This document shows positions 20,352 to 31,420 of a stretch of DNA of 64,000 nt, one piece after another. Position 1 is the stretch's first letter, and each line of letters begins with the position of its first letter. Made by a program: the position numbers and the translations under genes. The DNA is from Thecamonas trahens ATCC 50062. Lineage: Eukaryota; Protista; Apusomonadida. The stretch spans positions 420,492 to 484,491 of the forward strand of contig NW_013657668.1 in NCBI RefSeq assembly GCF_000142905.1. Reading direction: 5' to 3'. Under the pieces are notes generated by a model that did not search any database, had not been told where the DNA came from, and was given only the letters and a program-made list of their open reading frames with translations.

Positions 20352-21277
20352 ATGGTACGAACACTCGAGAGCAAACATGGATGAGAGAGGGAGATTGTGT
20401 GCAGTAGGCACAGACATGACCACCCTATGTCAGCTATAGCTGCACATCCCTGTCACATAATGCCTCGGCTTGGTCCAGGTCAGCTCTGGCTGCTCATGTC
20501 GGTGGTGGGGGGGGAGGGTGTGGCTGGCTGGGGGGGTGGCGAGGGATGATTTTATTGTGCGCGACTCTGCCGACGCCGGTGGTCATGGGCATGGCGTGGA
20601 CGCATGCTTTGACTGCCGGGCGCGGACAAAGCGAGATAGGCAACGCCATACATGGCGTCGGTTATGCAAGGTGCTGTGGTGTCCATGTAGGCCTTTCCTG
20701 TCCATCCGGAGAGCGTCGTCTCCCCGCGGCGGTTTTGTATGATTCAACCGGATCGGCAGCGGCGGGGGCGGGGAATGGTACAGCCACCAGGGCTGGGCTG
20801 GGGGACATGGCGGGAACTCACAGTGTTTACGGTGACTATGGTGTATAGGGTCGCGTGCGCAACAAGACGGTCAAGAAGGCAGCCCGCCAGATCATTGAGA
20901 AGTACTACGCGCGTCTCACGCTCGACTTCCAGGTCAACAAGCGGATCTGCGACGAGGTGGCCATCATCCCCACCAAGCGCCTCCGTAACAAGATTGCCGG
21001 CTTCCTGACCCACCTCATGCGCCGCATTCAGAAGGGCCCGGTTCAGGGTATCTCCTTCAAGCTCCAGGAGGAGGAGCGCGAGCGCAAGGACAACTACGTC
21101 CCCGATGTCTCGGAGATCGCCCTCGATGTCATCGAGATCGACGCCGACACCCAGGACATGCTCCGCCAGCTCAACTTTGGCAACATGTCGGAGGTCGTCA
21201 TCAACAAGTCGCTCGGCAAGCACGAGTCGACTCGCAAGTGGACCCGCCGCCCGGCTGTCCCCGGTGCCCGCCGCTGA
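20352..21277 (+). CDS. RPS17: 40S ribosomal protein eS17; exon 1 = ATG (20352-20354), intron 20355-20848, exon 2 20849-21277
   Basis: Exon 2 reads [49 protein letters not shown]. Acceptor TATAG ends at 20848. Best donor is caccATG|GTACGA; the alternative is ATG|GTACAG at 20775. Confidence 0.95.
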
Positions 21278-21961
21278 TCACGCCAACAAACACAAACCGA
21301 ACAAAAGCCACCCCCCCCCCCTACACACACGCTTGAATGCTGCCGATGACTCCGCCGGTGGAAGAGCCAGTGGAGCGTGCTGTATCCTTAGCCGGTTGAT
21401 CTGTGTTAAACATCCGCCGTCGGGCACGATGGCGTTGACGGCGGTCGCAGAGACGCGTCAGCAGGGCAGAGAACAGAGCTGATATTGGTCATGACCGAGC
21501 CCACGACTGCGGCGATGGCTGCTGCGGCCAGTCGTGTTGCCACAGACTGTAGATCGTGGCTTAATCAAGCCTGACTCAGATCGCTGCGTCATGGTCGACG
21601 GCTCGTCTTGGCTTGGAAGGACCACCCGGTGCCGCGTCCCGTGTTTGGCCCTCTCACGCCCGCTCACATCCGATGGGCCTGCTCTCAACTAGCGCTGGGC
21701 GGTTCTGAGGAAGGATCAACGAGCTCAAGGTGTCAAGTAGCGGAGGAAGACTGAGAGTATCCACACGATGGCGCAGTGCGGACCGAGCATGCGGCAGAAT
21801 GGGCGGGAGTAGACGGTGGCCGCCAGCGGGGGAGGAACACAATTTTTGGCGCAGGCGGCTGGCGGGGAGGGGACGGCTGCAGAAGGGTATGGGGGGAGGA
21901 CGGGGCGGGTGAAGAAGCGGGAAGAGGAAGAGGGGGATGTATGGTGGTTTAGTAGAGGGAA

Positions 21962-22204
21962 CTAGAAGTAGTGGGAACGGTGGTCGGCGTCGTTGAGGTA
22001 CAGACCGCCCTGGTAGATGGCCACAAGGGCAGCACCAGGGATGGCCACCTCCTTCATGACGTAGGCGCCGCGCCGGAAGAGCCGGTCCATGGCATGCCGC
22101 ATGCCGTAGGGGAAGACCCGCTGACCCATGGGCGCAAGCTTCATCCGCAGAAGGTTAGACACTCCACGTGCAGCGTAGCGAGTCGCAGGTCCGTGGCCGC
22201 CCAT
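21962..22204 (-). CDS. QCR8: Cytochrome bc1 complex subunit 8 (QCR8/UQCRQ)
   Basis: 80 aa; LAPMGQRVF resembles the LSPFEQ motif, followed by one TM and a C-terminal HRSHYF similar to plant QCR8. Confidence 0.7.
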   Translation of the reverse strand: MGGHGPATRYAARGVSNLLRMKLAPMGQRVFPYGMRHAMDRLFRRGAYVMKEVAIPGAALVAIYQGGLYLNDADHRSHYF

Positions 22205-22401
22205 GTCGTTTCCACAAGTCGAGTGTCTCGACGTCGAGCACTGGTGGAGAAGCGGTGGGCGACGGGTGGCGGACGAGTCGTGGACCGATGGTGCCGCTCC
22301 AGACGGTCCCCTGCCTGGCTGTGCATCCGGGCTCAGGTCTGGGAGACCGAGCTTGTAAAAATCGTGTTACGGACTGCAGTCTTGCTAAAGTGCAATGCTG
22401 A

Positions 22402-24102
22402 CTATGAAGACGTTGTCTCGACGAGCGAAGAATCGGCCGAGAGCGAGGCGGACGACGCCGAGGGCTCTAGCGACTTGTCTGAAGCGTCGGTAGACGCATC
22501 GGGAGTAGATTTGGGCTCAGTGCTGCGACGGCGACGGTTGGTGCTGCCAGACTTGGACTTGCGGCTGATCTTGGCGCCCGCAGAGCGGCGCTTACGGCGC
22601 TTGCTGCCGCCGGCCTTCTCGGCGTCGTCGTTACCCTTGCTAGCCTTGCGGCGCTGGAGAACAACAACAAGAACTGCAACAAGGCCGACAATAACGAGGA
22701 AGCCCACAGCTCCTCCCACACTGGCGCCCACAACCGTAGAGAAGAGTCAGATGCAGGTGGCCCGGTCACCAGCGCATTCGGGGTTGGAGTGGGAGGTGGC
22801 GGAGTTGGTGGGCGAGACGGCGGTGGCAGCGAGGGCGGCGGCAGCAGCGGAATCGCACCCGTGATCGCGTACCGATGCAGCGCCGGCCCCGAGCCCGCAG
22901 CCGCAAACGCATGGATCGTCAGACTCGCCACATCAAACACAACTTCGGTCTTCCTGGCCGACGAAGACACGGTCTCGCTCCCCGTGTACGCGTCGTACGT
23001 GCAGTTGCTCACGTCGAGCTCACACACAAACACTCCAGGCTTGTTGGTTGTATCATCGACCGTCACCATCACAAGCTTGCCGTTCACAACCTGTCCGCGT
23101 GCGGAATCGACCCGGATCGCAGGCGACGGTGCAGGTGAGACCTTGGCCACCGCGTCATCCACGCCTATCACCGTCCCCGTCAGCGTCGTCCGGTACACAT
23201 ACAGATCCGACGCTCCGCTCACCATCACGTACAGCGTGCTGTTGCCCGTATCGATGATCGGCGTCACCTCCGAAAATTCCGTGTGCGTCACCCCTGCAGG
23301 CCGCAGGCTGCCCAGGAACGTCGCCGTCGCCAGGTCGTACGAGACCGAGAACAGCTCGACCTCCCTGGCGCCCGATTCGTCATCGAGGGCGACCACGAGG
23401 ATCTGCGAGTTGGTCACATCGTCAACGAGGCCCACCCGGGTGCCTGTCTTTCCCCGGGCCGCCCGCGACGCCACAGCGTACACATCGATGATGGCACATG
23501 ATGTGCCGTCAGCCTCGCACCTTGCAAGCGACGCAGTCTTTGTCGACGCCAGCTCAGTGGAGCCCGCGGCATACATCTTGCCGTTCGACGCCTTGATCGA
23601 CCGCGGGTTGCTCCACCACGACGGATCGAACGAGCCCGATATCTGGGACACAGTGCCGGTGTTCTGAGTCCAGGTTGGCCCGGGTGGCGACGGAGCGAGG
23701 GCGATGGTGCTCGCCTTGACGGTTTGGAGGGGAGGCGATGGTGAGAAGTCTCTGAAAGAGCCAATGACGACGACCTTGGACGACGTCGAGTCCCACGAGG
23801 CGAGCAGCAGGTCAGTGGCTGGAGCCGGCGATGGAGCAGGCGATGCCGCCCAGAGGGCGGTGCCATTGCAGGCCCCAGCCGAGGCCGGGCACTCGTAAAC
23901 AAACGCGCCTGTGGAGCACGAGGCGACGGCGGCCATGCCCGAGGGTGTGGGAGTCATGGCCATCGCCGCGTACGACGAGCACGGCGGAGAGGGCGGCGAG
24001 GTGGTGACGGCCCACGAGACGGCGGCGGTGGCTGGCGGGGCGAGGGCGGCGAGGGCAAGCACAACGGCGGCGGTGATGATGAGGAACCATGCGGTGCATC
24101 AT
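22402..24102 (-). CDS. Type I membrane protein with Cys-pair beta-propeller-like repeats, Pro-rich stalk, TM and basic/Ser tail; frameshifts near 22741 and in the signal peptide
   Basis: ORF 22467..24062 (signal + repeats) shifts at gac tct tc tct acg into ORF 22402..22731 (TM VGGAVGFLVIVGLVAVLVVVL-QRRK). The nearest ATGs (24102, 24099, 24090) are out of frame by one base. Confidence 0.7.
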
Positions 24103-24315
24103 GGCCAGCAGCACACGACTGTGAATGGAACAAGAGAGGTATGAGCAGGGTGTGGTGGCCGTGTCTTGGGCGAGGAGGGGGAGGAGGAGGAGAGTGGAAC
24201 GGTGGTGGCGGTGGTGGTGGAGGCGGCAGTTGCAAAGTACTGCAACGGTGTCAGGTGCAACAAGGCCATATTAATCCATAAACCCGGCGCAGCAATCGCT
24301 CTTCAATGCCTCGCC

Positions 24316-26568
24316 TCACATATCCAAATCAAACATGTCGGCGAGCATCAGCAGCGGTGGCTGCCCTCTCCCAACGGCGTCGTCATCACCGTCGTCGTTG
24401 TCGTCGTCGTCGTCGTCGTCGTCGTCCGATGACATCTCGAGCGACGACGATGACGACAGCGACAACGTCCCGCTCAGTCCAAAGCCGCCAACTCGAAGGC
24501 CACCGTTTCTGCCGCTGCTCGTGCCACCGCCCGATCCCAACCCACCGCCACGGTGACCACCGGCGTCCCGCGAGATGTGCCACGCGAGCCCGTCAAGCAT
24601 GTCGCGCGGCGCCATCAGCGGCTGAACGTCCGGCGGCTGCAAGAGCCGTGGCGGTCGCCTTGGCGCACCGCCGCGTCCTCGTCGGCTCGGCCGACTCGGC
24701 CGGCTTCGTTGCCTCAACTCAACCAGTTGCTGCAGCCGCATCTCTATCGACGACTGTCTACGGTCGTCGCCCGGAATGCGATTGTTGGCCTTGTCCTCGG
24801 CCCCGCTCCGGCCCCCACCCATGTCGACAAGCCGCCGCTGCCGCTTGGCTCGCGCCTCGTGCTCCTCGCGCTCTTCATCGACTGCTTGCGCCGTTCCGGC
24901 CGGCCCCGCCGCGTCGTCACCGGCTGCTCCGGTCGGATCTGCCTCGCGCTTGCGCTTGTGGGCAATCCGCTTGATGGTCTCTGGTCCCAGCGAGGCCACA
25001 TGCTCCACCACCGCGTCGTGGGTTGTTTGCATCCCACTCCGCGCCGCCCGCCGCAGCAGCATTCGGACCTTGGCTGACTTGACCGCCTCAAGCGCTGCAT
25101 CCAGCCCCGAGAGAAACGCTCCAAACTTGGAGACAAGGAGCGAGACAATGGCCTCGTGTCCCTGCACCGCAGCCCACAACAGCGCAGACCAGTTCTGTGA
25201 GTCGGTGTGCGACATGGCCGTTAACAGCGCCTCGGTCGCCTCTTGCACAAGCGGCCGGAACTCGGGCTGCTGCAGCAGCTCGCGCGCCTGCCGGTACGAC
25301 GATGCCGAGACTCGGCTGCGTCGCCGCCCTCCCCTGCGCCCGCCGTCACTCCCGCTGCCGCCCGCGTGAGGCGACGCCGCCGGCTTGGGCGGAGGCGGCG
25401 GCGGAAGTCGTGGCGGTATCGGCGGTGGAACAGCCGGTGGCGGTGGCGGTGGCAGTGGCGGCAGCGGCGGCGGCAGCGGCGATCGTGCCATACTTTGCCT
25501 CTCCGACACCTCGAACGGATCGAGGGTGTCCGACCGCGACGAGCCGGGCGACGAGCCCTGGACAGACGGTGACCGAGTGAGGAGCGAGATCGGCGGTAGC
25601 AGCGCGGCTGTCGACGTTGCCGCAGCCAACCCCACAGGAGGCGGAGGAGGCGTCGCGTGCGATCCACCCGACGGCGCCGACGAGTCGGACGGCGAAGACA
25701 TCCGCTCCGCCGCCGCCCGCCGCGCCTGCAGCATTCGCATCGCCGATCGAGCCCGCATCCGAGCCCGCAGCTGGAGCGCCTGCACCGACGCCGACGTCCG
25801 CGTCTCGTCTTCATCCTCAATCACATCTGACGAGTTACTCACCTGCCTCGGTCGGTGCCTGCTTGCTGAGCTGGCCACTGACGACACCGAGCTCCGCTCT
25901 GCCGGCGCGCGCCCGTCACCGTCCCGGGGCTTGGTGGAGCCGGCCTCTGGCGGCGGTGGTGGCTCCACACCGAGCGGGCTGAAGATCAAATGCTTAAGCA
26001 ATTGCTCAACAACAGGCGCATGCCCGCGATACGCCGCTGCCACCAGCGGCGTCCACCCGTCGTTGTCCGGGATCGACACGTCGGCGCCGGCTTCCAACAG
26101 CAGTGCAACCAACGACGGTCTGCCGAGCCACGCCGCAGCAAATAGCGGTGTCTCGCCTGCATCATTCCTCACATTCAGCGCCACCGCCCGAGCATGCGCT
26201 ACACGAGTCGCCTCGTACACCTCGGCTCCCCGAGTCCCCTTCCGTCCACCAACCGCTCCTTGCCGACCACCCGCCCGACCCATCCGCGAGCCACGCCGAG
26301 CTCTCCGAGCCCTAGCTCTAGCCCTCCCTCCCTTCCGACCTCCAGTCTCTGCCACAACCGAGTCTGGGGATGGGACCGACACAGGGTCGGTCTCAGCCCC
26401 GGCCCGAGCCCCAGCTCTGCCTCTGACTCCAGACGGGCTTCCGACCGGTGCTGTGGCCACGCCCGAGGGAAGCGCCGCCAGCAGCGCCTCCAACTGCTTC
26501 AAGTCGTCCAATGCAACCGCCATATGCAAAGCAGATGCATCCTCCTCGTCCGGGCTCAGCCCTCCCAT
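24316..26568 (-). CDS. Ankyrin-repeat protein with long low-complexity insertions
   Basis: SALHMAV, GETPLFAAAWLG..LLLEAGADV, GWTPLVAAAYRGH, WSALLWAAVQGH. Confidence 0.85.
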   Translation of the reverse strand: MGGLSPDEEDASALHMAVALDDLKQLEALLAALPSGVATAPVGSPSGVRGRAGARAGAETDPVSVPSPDSVVAETGGRKGGRARARARRARRGSRMGRAGGRQGAVGGRKGTRGAEVYEATRVAHARAVALNVRNDAGETPLFAAAWLGRPSLVALLLEAGADVSIPDNDGWTPLVAAAYRGHAPVVEQLLKHLIFSPLGVEPPPPPEAGSTKPRDGDGRAPAERSSVSSVASSASRHRPRQVSNSSDVIEDEDETRTSASVQALQLRARMRARSAMRMLQARRAAAERMSSPSDSSAPSGGSHATPPPPPVGLAAATSTAALLPPISLLTRSPSVQGSSPGSSRSDTLDPFEVSERQSMARSPLPPPLPPLPPPPPPAVPPPIPPRLPPPPPPKPAASPHAGGSGSDGGRRGGRRRSRVSASSYRQARELLQQPEFRPLVQEATEALLTAMSHTDSQNWSALLWAAVQGHEAIVSLLVSKFGAFLSGLDAALEAVKSAKVRMLLRRAARSGMQTTHDAVVEHVASLGPETIKRIAHKRKREADPTGAAGDDAAGPAGTAQAVDEEREEHEARAKRQRRLVDMGGGRSGAEDKANNRIPGDDRRQSSIEMRLQQLVELRQRSRPSRPSRRGRGGAPRRPPRLLQPPDVQPLMAPRDMLDGLAWHISRDAGGHRGGGLGSGGGTSSGRNGGLRVGGFGLSGTLSLSSSSSLEMSSDDDDDDDDDNDDGDDDAVGRGQPPLLMLADMFDLDM

Positions 26569-26974
26569 GTCACTGTCTCTGCTTTCTCGCTCTCCTCCTC
26601 TCTCCCTTGTTCTCGTCGAGTCTGTCGCCCTCCCAAGCCGTTCCCCTTCAGCCGACTCGACTCACCCATTCACCGCCCATCATCCCCCCCCCCCCCCACA
26701 CCCAGCCACCCACCCACGCAAATTGAGTCAGTCAGTCAGTCAGTCCGATCACTATATCGCATCCCGCAGTCACCCATCACCACTAACCATACCATCCCCC
26801 TCTTATCTCTCTCTCTCCTTTCCCTGGCTCGCACGGACGGACGGACGGACGGACGGACGGACTTTGGTCTTGGACGCAACTGCCACCACTGCTCCCCCCC
26901 CTCCTCTCCTCTCCTCTCCCCTCACTCTCCAACTAAGGTGCCTGCTTGCTGTGCTGGTAGAGAGGGCAAAGAAG

Positions 26975-27868
26975 ATGCCTGGAAGCGCCAAAGAGCTGAA
27001 GAAGGCGGGAGAGATGCGGCGGAAGGCCATGCGGAGGATGGAGACAGGCGACTGGGAGGACGCACAGAAGGATCTGGCCACGGCTGTCAAGCTCGATCCG
27101 GACTCGGCGCATGGGTGGTATGAGTACGGACTGGTGCTGATGCACGGTCTGGCGGTGGATGACAAGCTGGACAAGTCTGAGAAGAGCCGCGTCAAGCACG
27201 CTGTCCGTGCCCTCTCCTCTGCCATCGATCTCGACTCATCGCAGTACGACTACGTCGAGGCCCGGGCCAAGGCCCACATGATCCTTCGCAAGTGGCACAA
27301 GGCCCAGACCGACTACTCAACCGCGGTCGATACCGCCATCGCCCACAACTCGCAGGCCACCACCCTTACCTACAAGCACCTCGGCGATGGCTATCGCCAA
27401 GCCACCTACCGCATGGAGAACAACGGCAGGCCAGCGCCAGAGGTCTATCTCTCCACCGCCAATACAGACACTGCAATCGCTCCTCTGCTCCACCCGGACG
27501 ACTCCTCAGACTCGTCTACCGCTACCGTGTCTGCTACCGCTACCGCTACCGCTACAGAGGCCTCATCCGACCCGCCTCGCTCCCGCGGCCGTGGCGCCCT
27601 CTTCACCTGCTGTCTCCCGCCTGCCGCCGCCGACTCGGACTCGGACCCGAACTCGGAGACTGCGTCTGCCACTACTACCACTACCGACACTGCCACTGCC
27701 ACATGCTCGCCATCTGCATCCTCATCGAGCTCGTCATCGACGCCTCGCAACCGCAAGCGCGGCAAGAGCAACATCAAGGCGAACAAGAGCAGCAAGAACA
27801 CCAATCGGAGCAAGTCAAGCAAGCGCTCCAAGTCTGGCAAGCGCAGCGGCAAGCGATCGAAAGCGTAG
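26975..27868 (+). CDS. TPR-containing protein with Ser/Thr- and Lys-rich tail
   Basis: AQKDLATAVKLDPDSAHGWYEYG and ALSSAIDLDS..RAKAHMILRKWHKAQTDYSTA. Confidence 0.75.
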   Translation: MPGSAKELKKAGEMRRKAMRRMETGDWEDAQKDLATAVKLDPDSAHGWYEYGLVLMHGLAVDDKLDKSEKSRVKHAVRALSSAIDLDSSQYDYVEARAKAHMILRKWHKAQTDYSTAVDTAIAHNSQATTLTYKHLGDGYRQATYRMENNGRPAPEVYLSTANTDTAIAPLLHPDDSSDSSTATVSATATATATEASSDPPRSRGRGALFTCCLPPAAADSDSDPNSETASATTTTTDTATATCSPSASSSSSSSTPRNRKRGKSNIKANKSSKNTNRSKSSKRSKSGKRSGKRSKA

Positions 27869-28204
27869 CCGCAGCTTTGGCTTCCCTGCACACCCCAAGC
27901 CCATCGTCCGAGACCGACCCGATTCCCATTGAACAACAGCGGCGGCTGCAGTTGGTTCGAGCCCTTCCGATCACAGCGCGACACGAGGCGCCCGTCCCTT
28001 CTCCCCCCCCCCCCCCCCCCCCTTTCCGCTACCCCTACGCACACACGCATACGCACTCAGTCTGGCAGCCCCCCACACATGCATACCACAACTCTCCCGC
28101 CTACAGCAGCAAGCCCTGGCTCGGCAGCCATGCGGTTGTGGCCATGGCGAGGGCAAAAAATAGGCTGCGGCAGCCAAGGCGAGACCAAAGTGGTCAGAGC
28201 GGGT

Positions 28205-28357
28205 TTACTCATTGGACGCAGCGCGGGTGTAGTACGTCTGCCGGCGGTCCTTGACGGCCGAGAGGGCGACGGACATGATGACGCCCGAGACAACAGACAG
28301 GCCCGTGGCAACGCCAACGGTCTGGAGGAAGAAGCGCGAGGCAGCAGGGGACGGCAT
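28205..28357 (-). CDS. 50-aa single-TM microprotein, possible COX6C/Cox9-like subunit
   Basis: MPSPAASRFFLQTVGVATGLSVVSGVIMSVALSAVKDRRQTYYTRAASNE; accATG context; GC-rich third codon positions. Confidence 0.45.
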   Translation of the reverse strand: MPSPAASRFFLQTVGVATGLSVVSGVIMSVALSAVKDRRQTYYTRAASNE

Positions 28358-28523
28358 GGTTAGTGTAGATGGGTCGAGTGTGACTGCTTCTGATTCGGCG
28401 CGATCACCACCTCGATCAATCCGACTCGGCCCGCAGGTCCACCGCTTAGTTGACGACCTTCTTCTCGGCTGGCCACACCACAGACGTGCCGACTGCGTAC
28501 GCGCCCAACACCCGACGCCGGAC

Positions 28524-29664
28524 ATGGCAAGCATGAACGACGTGGTGCAGTCGCTCAAGCCCGCTGGTGGGTTTGAGTTTGACCTGTGTGCGCGGTACGT
28601 ACTACTGGCTGTGGCCTTACCCTGTACCCCTGCCGACTGTGGCTGAGTGACGGCGACCTCGAGTGGCGGGGGGGGGGGAGGGGACGGCGACCTGTTTTTT
28701 GCTTTGCCCACGGAAGCCTGCCGACACGCCTGCATGGCAGCGCAGCGGAGCAGAGGCGAGAAAAGGCAAGGAGAGGGGGATGAGGGGGGAGGAGGATCAA
28801 GACGTCAACTTACGGGTTGTGGGAGTGTGTGTGTGGGGGATCTATCGCTGTGACTGTAGGAACAACATGCTCAAGCAGATGGGCCTCAAGGCGCCCAAGG
28901 CGACGTCGACGGGCACAACCATTGTGGGCCTGGTGTACAAGGACGGAGTGGTGCTGGGCGCAGACACGCGTGCCACGGGCGACACGACGGTGGAGGACAA
29001 GAACTGCGAGAAGATTCACTACATCGCACCCAACGTGTACTGCTGCGGCGCCGGTACTGCCGCCGACACCGAGAACACCACGGCGCTCATCTCATCGCAG
29101 CTCGAACTGCACCGCCTGGCCACCGGCCGCCACTCGCGCGTCGTCACCGCCCTCACCCTCCTCAAGCGTATGCTCTTCCGTTACCAGGGCCACGTCTCGG
29201 CTGCGCTGGTCCTGGGCGGCGTCGATCTCAACGGTCCGCACCTCTACACCATCTACCCGCACGGCTCCACCGACGAGCTGCCGTACGTCACCATGGGCTC
29301 CGGCTCGCTCGCCGCCATGGGCGTTTTCGAAGCCGGCTGGAAGGAGAACATGTCTGAGGACGAGGCCGTTGACCTTGTCGCCGCCGCCATCCGCGCCGGT
29401 ATCTTCAACGACCTCGGCTCTGGCTCTAACGTCGACGTCACCATCATCCGCGGCGTCGACGATGTCGAGGTCCGCCGCGGCTACCAGATCCTCAACCCGC
29501 GCCCCTACGCCCGTGTCCGCCCGAACGACCTCACCCGTGGCACCACCACCATCCTCTCCGAGACCCGCACCCCTATCCACGCCGGCCACGTCGAGTACAC
29601 CAACGAGGACGCCGTCGACATGGAGACCTCTCCCGTCGAGTCTGGAGGACCTTCGTCGTCGTAA
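28524..29664 (+). CDS. PSMB7: 20S proteasome beta-2 subunit; exon 1 28524-28594, intron 28595-28859, exon 2 28860-29664
   Basis: Propeptide [10 protein letters not shown]|NNML.. then [30 protein letters not shown]. The GTACGT..CTGTAG intron restores the frame. Confidence 0.97.
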
Positions 29665-29705
29665 AACTGTCCCCATCTCCCTCACACACACGTTTCACCC
29701 CTCTT

Positions 29706-29708
<3 letters not shown>

Positions 29709-29750
<42 letters not shown>
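29709..29750. repeat. (CT)n microsatellite
   Basis: About 20 CT units downstream of PSMB7. Confidence 0.9.
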
Positions 29751-29754
<4 letters not shown>

Positions 29755-29959
29755 AATCGCCCCGTGCCACCGTCGCTTCCGCCGTCGCAGGTGTCGCCAA
29801 CTCTTTTTTCCCCAGAACCGTTCGGTCACCGCCCGACGGCACGCCAGCATGCCGAGGTCGCCCACACAGCCAGCGAGGTGGTGGTTGCGCGGGGGGGGAA
29901 AGAGGGAGGACGCAACACACGACTCCCCCGAGTTGGAGAAGGAGGCAGCAGAGAAGAAC

Positions 29960-31412
29960 ATGGCTGCCAACGCAGACGACCTGTTTGAGCAGCTGGCGGG
30001 AGCCGACGCGGCGGCGGCGGCGGTGGGCGAGACTGGCGAGGCTGACGACGTTCCCTACGACTCGGCCAACTGCGGACGGTGCAACGAGCCGCTTGGCGAT
30101 GGTCCGGCCATTGCTGCTGGCTCCAAGAACTACCACCCGCACCACTTTACCTGCAAGCATTGTGACCAGCCCTTCCCCAATGGCGAGTTCTTTGAGGAGG
30201 CTGGTCACCCGTATTGCCCCACCGACTTCCACGAGCTCTTTGGCTCGCGATGCAAGGGCTGCGGCGAGGCCATCGTTGGCCGCTGCATCACCGCCATGGA
30301 CGCAAAGTGGCATCCTGACCACTTTGTCTGCATCGAATGCAAGAAGTCGCTGGCTGGCGGCTCGTTTATCAAGTTTGAAGGTACGTGTGGGCGAGAGGAA
30401 GCGTGGGAAGGGAGGTGAGAGTGGGGGGCGGAGAGAGGGAGAGAGGGGAGAGAGGGGAGCAGTTGGTGCAGCAGAGACGACGCGCGGTTGCCAGCCGATC
30501 ACTCGTTGCCCCCCTTTTCCATCCTTCTCCTCCGCCACATCATCACCTGCAGCGAACACTCACGCCGGCTGGACAGATGAGGCTCATTGCAAGCCGTGTG
30601 CGCGCGAGAAGAAGAAGAAGCGCCGCCAGCCGGACGGTATCATCTGCGCGCGGTGCAAGGAGGTGATCGAGGGCGAGTTCATCACGCTTCAGGGCCAGAA
30701 GATGCATCCGCACCACTTTTCGTGCCACAAGTGCAAGTGCTCGTTCAAGGGCGCCAACTGCCACGAGTACGAGGGCCGGCTCTACTGCGAGCCGCACTAC
30801 CGCGAGCTCCTTGCCGCAACCTGCGCCCAGTGCCGCAAGCCCATCACCGGGCGCGCCGTCACCGCCCTCGGCCGCCAGTGGCATCCCGAGCACTTTTGCT
30901 GTGCCCACTGCGAGCAGCCGTTCTCCGGCATGAACTTTATGACCAAGAACAACAAGGCGTATTGCGAGACTCACTACTTTCAGCTGTTTGGCAACATGTG
31001 CAAGTGGTGCCGCAAGCCCATCTCCGGCTCGGGCGTCCGTGCTGCAGGAGGCATGTTCCACCAGGAGCACTTCCTCTGCTCCATCTGCGACAAGCCCATC
31101 TCAGGTGGCAAGTTTGTCGCTTGGGAGGGCAAGCCCAACTGCAAGTCATGCTACACTAAGCTGCCCAAGTCCGTCCGCGACCGCGAGACAAAGATCCTCG
31201 CCGCGGAGCGCAAGCGCGAGAAGGAGGCCGCAAAGGCCGCAAGAACGCCGCGTAGTTCCTCCCTCTCCCCCACCAACCTTCTCCTCCTTTCGAATCCGCT
31301 CCAGAAACTGCTTTCGCTGCAAAACCATAAAAACGAACAAAGAAATCGCTCATTGCTCCGCCGTCCCGTCTCCGCCACTTTGCACACAATTCTTTCCACG
31401 GCCAGCAGCTAG
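29960..31412 (+). CDS. LIMS1: Five-LIM-domain protein PINCH; intron 30381-30576; true stop probably TAG at 31253-31255
   Basis: Five CxxC..HPxHFxCxxC LIM domains and the tail CKSCYTKLPKSVRDR, similar to PINCH CKKCYEKFPLELKKR. The GTACGT..GACAG intron gives KFE|DEAHC. Confidence 0.85.
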
Positions 31413-31420
31413 TCATTGCC

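Noticed and set aside
20615-20625. GCCGGGCGCGG matching the 7SL/Alu 5' end
   Set aside because: Only 11 GC-rich nt match; the downstream sequence does not continue as SRP RNA.
25385-26974. Long 5' extension of the 827-aa + ORF, and similar extensions at 7224, 28663, 37516, 47935 and 58791
   Set aside because: These are antisense shadows or low-complexity UTR/intron sequence kept open by high GC; recognisable protein starts later.
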